Below, piece by piece: positions 40,212-50,944 of a stretch of 64,000 nt of DNA; within the stretch, counting starts at the first letter, position 1; the number at the start of each line of letters is the position of its first letter. Under the pieces are notes generated by a model. It was not told the DNA's origin and made no database searches. It saw only the letters and a list, made by a program, of their open reading frames with translations. The DNA is from Sphagnum compactum (taxonomy: Eukaryota). A program made the translations under genes and the position numbers. The stretch lies in contig OZ234493.1 in assembly GCA_965153455.1 (NCBI GenBank), forward strand, positions 27,394,213 through 27,458,212, given 5' to 3'.

Positions 40212-40758
40212 CTGCAACTTCATCAAGCTTGCAGGACCTGACTGCTGGCAAATCCATATCTAGTAGCTGCAACTTCATTAAGCTTGCCGGACATGACTGC
40301 TTGCAAATCCATATCTAGTAGCTGCAACTTCATTGAGCGTGCAGAACAAGGCTTGTAAATCCATATCTAGTGACTGCAACTTCATCAAGATTGCAGGACA
40401 AGGCTTGTAAATCCATATCTAGTAGCTGCACCTTCATCAAGTTTACAGGACAAGGCATGTAAATCCATATCTAGTAGCGGCAACTTCATCAAGCTTTGGA
40501 GGACAAGACTGCTTGCAAATCCATATCTAGTAACTGCAACTTCATCAAGCTTTGCAGGACAAGACTGCTTGCAAATCCATATCTAGTAGCTGCAACTTCA
40601 TCAAGCTTGCAGGACAAGGCTTGTAAATCCATTATCTAGCTGAAACTTCATCAACCTTGCATGAAAAGGCTTGCAAATCCATTATCTAGTAGCACCTCCA
40701 TCAAGCTTGCAGGACAAGGCTTGCAAATCTAGTATCTAACTGCAACTTTATCAAGCTT
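40124..40758. repeat. Minisatellite, ~12 copies of a 49-56-bp unit overlapping the kinase 3' end
   Basis: Consensus CAAGCTTGCAGGACAAGGCTTG(C/T)AAATCCATATCTAGTAGCTGCAACTTCAT; units start near 40124, 40175, 40224, 40279, 40334, 40386, 40438, 40490, 40546, 40602, 40652 and 40702. Confidence 0.95.
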
Positions 40759-42283
40759 GGGCTGCTGCTGAAGACTGCAAATCTGCTGAAGCAGCCTGTG
40801 AGTATTGTGAAGGGTGCAAAAGTGTCAACTGTATGAGAGCTTGAAGCAGAACTACCAGCTCTTGCTGCTGGTGCTTCAGTTAACAATTGCAAAGCATTAG
40901 CAGTTAATACAAATTCTCGAAGCTTAGCAATAGCTCATCGGAGTCAGTCTACTGGGAAACAACTGGTCCTTTGAAACAGATCATGAAATTTCTATATCAT
41001 CTACATCAGTGGTGCTCACACGCTCCTCTAATCTGTTGTTTCACAGTTGTAAATACTACAGAAACATTAGAGTGTGTGCCTCCTTTCCTTGTGAATGTGC
41101 AGTACTAGAGAAGTGTGTGTCCTACACAGAGCTTGCAACTGGCTTACTTGTTAAGAAGATTGCAAATCGAGGACTATTGACACTCTTTGTGGTTTAGTTT
41201 GCCCAATTATCCCTTTTTTGTAGTGCCTTAAGGAATTTAGAAGATGCTTAGGAAATCTGTTTGCCATACTTTGTTGAATGTTTTACCCATTACTTAGTAT
41301 TCATTGAAAAAATATGTAGCAAATAGAGAACTAATCCATTTTCAAACTGATCAAAGTGGTATTTATGGTAAAAACTCTTTGCATCCCTCAAAGATTTCAA
41401 TTTGCAACAAATGCTTCAAATATAGTGATACATTGAGAGAGATTGTTATTGTTGAGAGAGATGTACATTTCATGACCAACTTAAAGTTAATCCTGTAAGT
41501 GCAATCTAGCTCTCTGCACAAGTCAACTTCTGCACAAAGAGTCTAAACTTGCACTGAAATTCACAAACAAGCAATTTTATGAATTCTCCAATCCCTTTAT
41601 ATTCTCCAAGCTCAATTGTAGGTCAAGGTGGATCTGCTACAATTGCATTCTATTCACAAGTAAAACTCCAGACTATCTACCTTGAAATATCTTGTGACAC
41701 CTTGGCTCAAAGCATCCAACAATAACTTGATTCCATTTACTCAAGATTTCAACAAACGTGATCTAGCCAAGCACCTACATTACTTCACACAATTCCCATT
41801 AATATATCGTCATGCATATTGAGAACCTTTTTCAAGCCCTCAATTTAAGGCAACCTGAATAGATTTGACAATCATGATGTTATAAAGTCAACACTCCATT
41901 CAATAACATTAGAAAATTTCGAACTTCCTAATTGTTCAATTATGAAGTTGGAAATTTTGATGAAATCGATAACTGCAAAACTTTACATGCATAGAAAAAA
42001 CCTCACAAGATGCATGTCACAACTATGAACAAAGTGAATTTTCAATTCTCAAACATGCAGAGCAAAAAGATACAATTTGACAATTTTTGCCATTCCAGAC
42101 TTACCCAATGATTACAATCCTAAAACTAGTTCTCTTTACAGAAACCCCAAATAGATGGCACAATTTAGGGATATCCATACCAAAATTTGCAATCAACACT
42201 CAACAAAAAAATTCCAAGTCCCTCACCTCTGCACAGAGGATTCGTATCTGTCTACTTGCCTGCACATTCACAGAGGAAGCTAT

Positions 42284-45153
42284 CTATGCTCGATATTCTA
42301 GAAACATGCTAAGCTTCTGCAAATGCATTTCTTGAGTCCCATACAATGGGTTTTTCTGACTTAGCCAATCCCGTTCTGCAATGGCAAAGCCTTTCCCACT
42401 CATAGAGTTGCCTACAACCATCTCTTCACCAAAAACAGAAACAATTTGGTAAATTGCTGTTCGGAGAACATCAGCAAGGGCATAGGCCTTCCTATGCATT
42501 GCTGAGCCCTTTCCAAATGGGAAGCCCTTCCAATGTGTAACTTCTGTTGAAGTCCCTCTTGATGGAACAGTCCACTTAATGCTGTTTGGACCCACAATAC
42601 CAATGCCTTTGACGCTGCTGCGACGCCCAAGGTAGACCTCTACAGCAAGGAGGCATGACAGCAGGCTTGAAAGTACAAGTATGTTGGATCCACTTAATTG
42701 GGCAACCCCATATCGGTCCTCAAGACGTGAACATGCCATGAGAGACACTGCAGTTCTTGCACACAAGGTGCAAAGCTGCAAAACAGATGAAGGAAGCTTG
42801 TTAAGCATAGCAGGCATATGCATTATGAACCCACAATTGCAGGAAGTTAATACTGTGCTCTACACAAGAAGAACCCTGAGGAGGCCAAAGTGAAGAGTTG
42901 ATAATCAGCAGCCTCCTCTCATTTGAGCACACTGAGACACAACTCTCCAGCCAAAAAGTTCACCAAGATAATCAGTTGCCGTATATTGGTTTGCTGAAAA
43001 CATGCCACATCTGGTTCTGGTTGCTTGACTTATGTTCCCTTAATTTAGTCTAGACCGCCCCAAAGGACATCCTGCAGGGGACAATCTGTTAGACCTCCAA
43101 TTTTTACAGTCTCCAAAACTTGGCCTGCACAGAGTAAACATTCACCTAATGTCTCCTGAATTGAGGAGTCATATCAAAATCGGATGTAAGATTGATCAAC
43201 AACTCTAGAAGTCTGTAACGAAAGACATTCATAATAACTCAACAATATCTGACATGGGCCATCATGTGGGCACTACACCAAGAAATTTTTGGTGAAGGGA
43301 ATTAAATTGACTAATAGATGGGAGCATAAACAAACCTGAAAGTCTCTGAAAACATCCTTTACAATGCCGCTTTGAAACCCTTTGTTGTCTACCCCAGGTA
43401 CTTGCAATTGTTGCCTCAAGAAGTCTCCAGATCTATCTGATTCAAAGATCTCGAGACCCTTAGCAAGCCTTGATGAAAGATTGTCAAGTGGCCTCAAACA
43501 TGCTCCGATTACTCTCTTGTACGTTTCTCCTGTCTCCTCAAAAAAGGCAGCTCTCCGCCATGAGTCCACATTGCTTTCAGCAACATTGCAAAGGTCAAGG
43601 TAGCCAAGGTGTTGAGACAGTGATCCACTTGCTGACTCCTCCAATACCATCAGTAAAGTTTCACTTGGTTGGGATTCAGCCGCAGATGAGCCCAGAGGTG
43701 GTGCAAAAGAATGCCGCCGTGTGTGGATCACCTACAATAGTACATCAAACCATCATCTCAAGCTCCTTGGATATGAGCCTAAACCCTAAACCCTATACCT
43801 AAAACAATCCAACTTTGCTCTTTTGTCTGCCCATGTGCAACTATGGAAGGAGTTTAGAATATGAAAATGACTTCAGATATTGCAACCCCGTCATGAAGCA
43901 ACATAAGTGAGGGGACCAAACATAGTACTCGGTAAAAAAAATTTGCAGTTTCCAGAACAGCTGCAAGGTTTCCAGAGAGGAAAACCAGGGTTCCACCATT
44001 GTACTTCTTTGGTTGGATCCTGATTGTTGATGTCATGAATTCCCCAAATACCTTTGGACATTTATGAGCAAAAGTCTGGTCTTTACCACCACTGTACCTG
44101 AATCAAATGATTGCACAGCTCCCAGCAAAGAGTTGTAAAAAAAGCTCCAGCTACAAACACAAACTGAAGCCACAGCATCTGCCTCATGTGCATCATAAGA
44201 ATAGAGTTCTTTGAATAGCTGCACACAAAAACAAAAAGCTCTCCCACAGGTGCTGCTGCCAGAGCTAATTTCACACTTTTTGCTGATATTTGCCGAATGC
44301 CCATTTTGAAACTGAAGAAAAGACCTCTCTGCAGTAAAAATTGGCAAGCAAATCAGCAACATTGTTGGTAATCATTTCATCTGGGGGAATATTCAAAGCT
44401 AGATGCACTGTGACTTTCTCAATTCGCCTGATCATGTGTTGCAAATTTGCAAGAGAGAGATGAGAGGAGATGATATACAACAATCAATCACCAACATGTC
44501 CAACAAGGTTTACATGATTTGAGGGTTTAGGGTTTAGATTACAAGAGAGCAAAGAACAGTGTTGTTGTGCTATATTGCAGTGCAAAAGTTCTGACCTGAA
44601 TGATAGGGAATGAGAGTACACTATTCTTTTGATAGGAATGCAAAAGTGCATACAGAACACCAAGAACTGCTCCTCGCAATCCCATGCCATACCATCCCCC
44701 CAGTGTCTTCATCGGCAAAGTTGCGCTGGTGAGAGAGAACAGAGACATGAAGCCCGAAAGTCCACACAGAAATGTGAAGAGAATGTAATCTCTTGTGGCG
44801 TTGATTTTGAAATAGAGCTCCCTGGAAGCGTCTCCATCGAGAGGTGAGCCGATGACTGCTTTCCAAGTAAGCTTTAAGATCCTTGAGACCAAATCCTTGG
44901 GGGACACCACCGGTTTCTCTTGAGGAGACGTGACAAGAATCTCCCCGAGAAGAAACAAGTGCTGTGCAGCTTGGAAGATGAGAAAGCGCAAGCACGTCCA
45001 CAAAGAAGGGACAAATCTAAAGTAGCTGGAGGAGGTTCCTTTCGAGAAGAGAGATTCCCAGAGTAGCCATACAAAAGATGACATCAGTGCTTGCCACACA
45101 GCACAGCGAAGCCATCGCCTCGCCTCCACCTCATGCCCCACCATTCCTGCCAT
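42284..45153 (-). CDS. NDC1: Nucleoporin NDC1 (Ndc1-Nup family, transmembrane), ~558 aa; exons 45153-44596, 44328-44098, 43731-43336, 42775-42284
   Basis: Three phase-0 GT-AG introns give a continuous frame. Hydrophobic N-terminal helices plus plant NDC1 motifs [64 protein letters not shown] and [15 protein letters not shown]. Confidence 0.88.
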
Positions 45154-45498
45154 TCCTCAGAATTTCCTACACTAGAAAGAAGAAGAAGAAGACAAAGCCT
45201 GTCGACCAGAACACTCTCAAAATCCAGAACTTCCTAGTTTAGGGTTTAAGCTTCCAACGAGCGAAACTCCAAGCTACCTGCAGAGACCGCTGCAACAGAA
45301 GAATTGCAGAAGGATGCAGATGCAAGGGATGCAACAGCAGACATCATAACCGGATGTGAATCCCAAGAGGCCGCCATGGATGCTGCTGCTGCTGCACAGC
45401 AACAGGAGGAAGTGCGCGCGGGTTGTCTGCCTCACTCTCTCCGACTCTTTGTCTGCAATCGCACTTGTCAAGGTATGGAGACAAAGAGGTTCAGGGAC

Positions 45499-45850
45499 AA
45501 CCCTAGGGGCTTTCAAAAAGACCTTCCTTGGGGCCCAAGACTGTGAAAGCCCTTGGTTGGACTACTACACGTTTAGGAGAAACCTAGGGGCTTGCTAAGA
45601 CCTTCCTTGGGGCCCAAGATTGTGAAATGATTTGGAGCACAAGAGGTCTATGAAAAACCTGGGGGCTTTCTAAGACCTTCCTTGGGGCCCAAGATTGTGA
45701 AATGACTAGGAGCACAAGAGGTTGAGGGAAAACCTTGGGGCTTTTGAAGACCTTCCTTGCGGCCCGAGATTGTAAAATGACTTGGAGCACAAGAGATTTA
45801 GGGGAAACCTTGGGGCTTTCTAAGACCTTCCTTGGAGCCCAAGCATGGGA
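45499..45850. repeat. Minisatellite, ~75-bp unit x ~5, in the NDC1 upstream region
   Basis: Core AACC.(A/G/T)GGGGCTT....AAGACCTTCCTTG..GCCC(A/G)AG recurs near 45499, 45581, 45656, 45731 and 45806. Confidence 0.92.
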
Positions 45851-46122
45851 AACCAAGTGGACCACAATGGGGCTTCTGAGACCGACATTCGCCACAGCTT
45901 ATGGCTTGTAAAAAGGATGTAGTAGCTAGCCCTCAGGCTTATGATATGTATGTTAAGGGCCCTAGGATGGGGATGTTTTGAAATTTAAGGCTCTTGGCCC
46001 TGAATTCTGGGAATGCTCTAAAACTTAGGGTACCACCCAGCATACTGTTGTGTGTAAAATTTCAAACAAGAAACAGCGGGAAACAAGAGGAGGCATTAGG
46101 TATTAAAAAATTGGGAATGCAT

Positions 46123-46516
46123 TAGAGTTATCCGTAAAGTAACCCTGTCTTCACCCTGTCATTGGGGCCCCGTCACCCCCTATCCCCCTCTTTCGGTGGT
46201 ATCCTCAAAGTGAAGACATTTTATAAAATCTCGGTATGAAATGCTGGAACTCAGCATTTAATGCACAAAGGTCGAGACTAATTATAGTAGTTGTACAGTT
46301 AGGAGCAGTGAAAATATATGTAGCAGCAGTGGAGGCGCTCAGGAGAAAGGAAAGACATGGTGAAACTCAGGAAACCATAAAAATTGACGGTTTCCTGAGT
46401 TTCGCCCCCACTTGAATGCTAATGTACTTTTTTGCAGGTTTTTTTTTAATCTCACCCTGTGTATCACCAACTCAGGGTACTGGTGCTGTCTTTTCCTGAC
46501 TTCACGGATATCTCTA
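46123..46516. mobile_element. Intact 394-bp MITE with TAGAG(T/A)TATCCGT(A/G)AAGT TIRs (hAT-like termini)
   Basis: TIRs at 46123-46140 and 46499-46516; inverted homolog of the split copy at 7723-11558. No clean TSD seen. Confidence 0.85.
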
Positions 46517-47465
46517 TTATGTAACTGGTTTTGGTGTCTTGTTCAGCTGCATTTTAAAGTTTTTCCTAGATGGTACAGATGAGATCACCTGCTGGTTCCA
46601 CTTTTGATTGTGCGAGTTCCACTTGTGTTGTGAATCAACAGTCACAAACAAACACAATAGGTATGGGAATTGGAGATCCATGTTTACATTCTGGAACAGG
46701 CCCCAGTAGAACCCCTTACCACCCAACAGCATCTCGCACTACCAGATTGCTCCACACCTTCCTATGTGGCCCATTCCATGCATACTAAATAGGCACAAAC
46801 TGCACACCAAGCTTTCTGGAGTTTGAGCCAGGTCCCTCAAGGATGATATAGCTTGCTAGAATAGTTGGCATATCTCAACAAAACATGGGTGCAGCAGGCT
46901 CGAAGGATGCAAATAATACAGCACACTTGAGAAACAAGCAGCCTTACAAATGTCAATTCATGCCAAGAAATAGTTCCAGAATTCGCAATTGCTAATGGCT
47001 GAATACCCAGCAGATAGCTACTCAAAAAGATAGAGAGAAAATGACAGCGAATGTCATAATATATGGACAGAAGTGTAAACTGCATGCATCTCAACCCACA
47101 TATTCTGTTGCCAATGCACCCCAACTAGACTTCAAAGACTAGAGTGAAGTGGTCACCTCTCAGGAGTGAGCTTTGTCTAGCCTTAATTCCCTGATAGAAC
47201 AATTTGTCAATTGGGTGACAAAATCTCCTGATGGTTGCATCCTTCCTCGTTGCTGAGACAATGTGTAGTTGAGAAACATCAACTGATTCACACCTAAGCA
47301 CTCAAAAGTTACAAGCCAGTTGGTTTGCTTCTCCCTAGCTTGCTTTCTTTCCCCTCATTATCCCCCAAAACACACAAGTTTGTTTGGTTTATATGGTCAC
47401 AAGGCTTGCAGCAAAGCTAAGTCTTTTATGTTGAGAAAAACAGCATCATAAGCCTTTGTTACAAC

Positions 47466-49001
47466 TCAATGAAAAATGGAGTTGTACTGCTTGGTAAGGC
47501 TGTCCTTGAGACTTGTGTAGAGCTTATAGAGAGAGTACTGGCCCAGACTGTTTATCTGATACCATGAATTGAAAACTTGGTAACGCTGATCTGTGCCTGC
47601 CCATGTGAGTTGGATGCTAAGACTGCAATCCTGTACGCCTCCAGATCGTTTGCAATCTTGACTTCGAATTGCACACTCTCCATTCACACAGACAAAGGGA
47701 GAGACTCCTTGACAAGCTTGGCATCCATCACTCTTCCATATCGGGGTTTTAAGTCTACCTGTGTCAAACTCCAGCACCTGCACACATGTAACTTTGTCAC
47801 TCTCATTTCTTCCTACTCATCATCCACAGGCTGAGAATGCATTTCTTCCATGTCACATTGCTCAGCAATTCTCCACATGAATCCTCAACCCTAACACCAC
47901 TAGGTTTCGGTGATGATAAGTTCATCAAGAGAGCAAGCCCCAGACATGGAGCAAAGACAAGTTGATCCAGGCACCAAAACCTAGTTTCTGCTTCACACAA
48001 GGCAGCCCAGAAAAAGTCAGGCAAGAAATGGCATCCAAGCTGCAAGTTAGAAAGGAGCAATACCATTGACAGGCTGGTGGTGTGGTAGCTGGAGTTGGCT
48101 ACAAATTTGGGAGATGAAACAGCTGCAAACTTGCTCCCTGCATAGACAACAGCAAAACCTCCACCCGAAAAGTTTTCCTGCCAAAACAATTGCACAGAAC
48201 AAGGTGTGAAGATAGAAAACGTAGATGGAGAGCATGACAGACAAGTACTCTTCCACATTTGTCCACCATCAAGAAATGCATTGACTACAGCAATCAATGT
48301 AGCTCTCAACATGATACCAGTCAAGCTCTGCAGCACAGCATTGCAGAAGAAGAGAAGTTGTTGGAGAAATATGAGTGACAAAAGAGCTGCTGTCTGTCAT
48401 GATGCCACAAGCATAACAGGAGTGGCACTATATGAGCTAGGGTCGGCAACAAGATGTGCCCTACAAACAAGCAAAGCAGACTCAGAAACAAACAGGAGCT
48501 GCAGCACGAAAGGTGGTGGCGCTAAAACATGATGCAGGTGGCTGATTGCGATTGTTGAGCTACCCGCCATATCCAAACCCTGTTTCTAAGGGGAGCAGCA
48601 GAAGAAGAACAGGAAGAAAGCAAGAAAAGCGAATGAAGAATACTCACAGGATTCAGTTCGGTATAGTTCACAACGAGCAGTGAAATCTCATCTACTTTGG
48701 GGCGAAACACGGACAAGCGATTGGAGTACAAGCTGCTGCTGCTATGCGAGTTGACGGCGTTGCAAGGAGACAGCTGCTGGACGTAGTTTCTGCTCTGGGA
48801 GAAGAAGGAAGCGTTGCTACCGATAAGCAATCCAAACGTGAATCCATCTCCCTTCTCAACTGTGGTATCATCACAGGGACTGAAAGCCACGTTCTTGTCT
48901 CCTCTTACTCCCATGCAGCAGCAGCAACAGTTGAGCACAAAAATGACCTGCAATACTACCACCCCACATCTCCCAGCTGGCAACAAGCTGCTACTACCCA
49001 T
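47466..49001 (-). CDS. Expp1-like secreted Cys-rich plant protein of unknown function (At3g44150/At3g11800 type), 259 aa; exons 49001-48648, 48177-48064, 47777-47466
   Basis: Signal-peptide-like N-terminus, then SPCDDTTVEKGDGFTFG, QLSPC, VFRPKVDEISLL, YAGSKFAAVS, VLEFDTGRL, IWKSDGC and CSLSIQLTWAGTD. Two phase-0 GT-AG introns. Confidence 0.85.
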
Positions 49002-49183
49002 TTGCTCTTCTCTGCCGTATAAAGACCTCACCTTGAGCTCTCTCTCTCTCTCTCTCTCTCAAACGCCAATCTTACAGCACCCAACAGATGCTCTTTTGGA
49101 GATTTTACTTGAAACTCTTGCTTACAAGAAACTCGTTCGACTGACAACAGACAACTGCAAATGTAACTATTCTCCTCCAGACT

Positions 49184-49230
<47 letters not shown>
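49184..49230. repeat. (CT)n(CA)n compound microsatellite in the Expp1-like 5' leader (also (CT)n at ~49038-49060)
   Basis: Directly visible. Confidence 0.9.
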
Positions 49231-49231
<1 letters not shown>

Positions 49232-49386
49232 AGCACCCAATCTCACAGCACCCAAACTTATTTTACTTGAAACTGATTTTTTGACTAAGTTCTGAGAGAG
49301 TGGTTTGAATTCTGTCTTCTCACAACAGCTCTCTTACAACAGCTTTTCCTTTCGGCAGTCAAAAGGGTCCACCAGGGTTTGGTTTG

Positions 49387-49665
49387 TTGGCCTTTGCCTG
49401 CCAAGGGCAAGGATATTGTGTTTAGATTCATTATAGAGTATAGTAGCTTAGATGATATTTTGGCTTGTTTAAAACTTGAGATTAGTTCACAGAGTTATAA
49501 TAATATTTTGAAGGATTTTGGTTTCTTTCGGAGGATTATTTTTTAAGAAGATTATATTTTTGCATGGTGAAATATTTGAGTTTTCATAATTCTTCTTTTG
49601 CCTTAAGATACTCTTTTCAATGTAAAATGGCAATGCCACATTGTGATGACACACCCCCTTGTTTT
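49387..49665. repeat. ~300-bp dispersed element, copy 2, just upstream of the Expp1-like gene
   Basis: Colinear with 23450-23765 apart from an internal deletion; inverted relative to 55495-55825. Confidence 0.9.
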
Positions 49666-50944
49666 AAGGATTTTGTGATGTAGCCAAAGTGGCAATCATC
49701 CAAAATAATAATTTAGCCAAATTTGTCTACATCATAGATATGAAGGTAGAAAAATAAAATAAAAAATAGAATCCTTTGATATTCTTGGCTATCTTCTGGA
49801 AGTTAATCATGAGACTCTGGCAATTCTGGCCAGATTTTGAATTAAATTGCCCATATTGAATCATGAGGGGATGAGGTGTTATCACTTTTGCAAGAGCCTC
49901 CGGCCGTTGGATGGCAAGTTCCAAAAACGCAAGTAAGAGGGGCAATGCATTTGATCTCCCTTGACAACCATGCACCTCGCAACATTAAGGGCGTGTCAAA
50001 CATCATCATCAATCTCAAATGTTTGAAGGGAGCTCACCGCCATCACCTCCTTTCTTTTTGTTAAGGTTGTCACCTTGCTATTCATTAGAAGAAACATCAG
50101 TTGAACCTCACATTATGTGTGTGCCAAATGATGCTTGAAGAATGTTGGAGTCTTGGGATTTTAATTTCTATTTTGTTCTTGAATCTTTAATGATTAAAAG
50201 GCAAATCAAAGCTTCAACTTCCAATCTCCTACCACCAATGAGGAGAAGTCAATACTCCAATGGCTAATCATTGATTTCACCACTGTTGGTCAAGTGTTTG
50301 TTGTGTGAGTGCAAATTGCAACTTGTTGCTTCAATTGAATGTGCAAACTTCCAAGCTTTAGGTGTGCTTCAAACTCCATTGTATATAAATTTTCATGGGG
50401 AGTCGAGTTGAATTGATCTTTCTTACTTTTTTGAATTTGTTCACTTTTTATGTGTTGTTGTGTGCAACAATGTGTTTTTTTGTTTTTTTTGCAAAATTTT
50501 GTCAAATTTTGACCTAAAAATATGATTTTTTCCATGGAAATAATGGCTCAAATTTGTCAAATTTCAAAGAAAAAAAGTTTCTAGTTCGCCAAATATTTAT
50601 GATAAGTTGCAATAGGTGGCCAAGAATATAGAAAGGACCATTTTTTTTTCTACTTTCACATTTAATTTGTACCCAAATCTAGCTAAATCATCTTATGGAT
50701 GATCACCACTTTAGTTACATCACAAAATTGGAAAAAAAAACCTTGGTGTGCAAGGTTTATTAGGTGTAATGTTGAGTTTTGCAAGTTTGTGATTTGTGTT
50801 CATTCGACATAGTCATGGGCTTAAAGGTGGTGAGGTTTTATTAATTTGTCATTTGTTACACAACTTCTTCAAACAATGTCACCTTTAAAACCTCCACTAA
50901 ATTTTAAGTGTCAAATTATTTTTCTTCGTTTCTTTCCGACATCG

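Noticed and set aside
38453-40226. Long antisense ORFs (38453-39040, 39509-39943 and others)
   Set aside because: Shadow frames of the GC-richer kinase CDS; low-complexity translations with no motifs.
40124-40758. CRISPR-like array of regularly spaced repeats
   Set aside because: The entire unit is repeated with no unique spacers, there are no cas genes, and the context is eukaryotic; it is a minisatellite.
43777-44540. CCCTAAA/TTTAGGG telomere-like motifs in NDC1 introns
   Set aside because: Only 2-3 units each; interstitial telo-box-like sequence, not a telomere or fusion scar.
45499-45850. CRISPR-like array, or coding repeat ORF 45584-45895 (-)
   Set aside because: Inter-core sequences are homologous to each other. 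The ORF stays open only because the 75-bp unit is a multiple of 3, and it has no ATG start or domain support.
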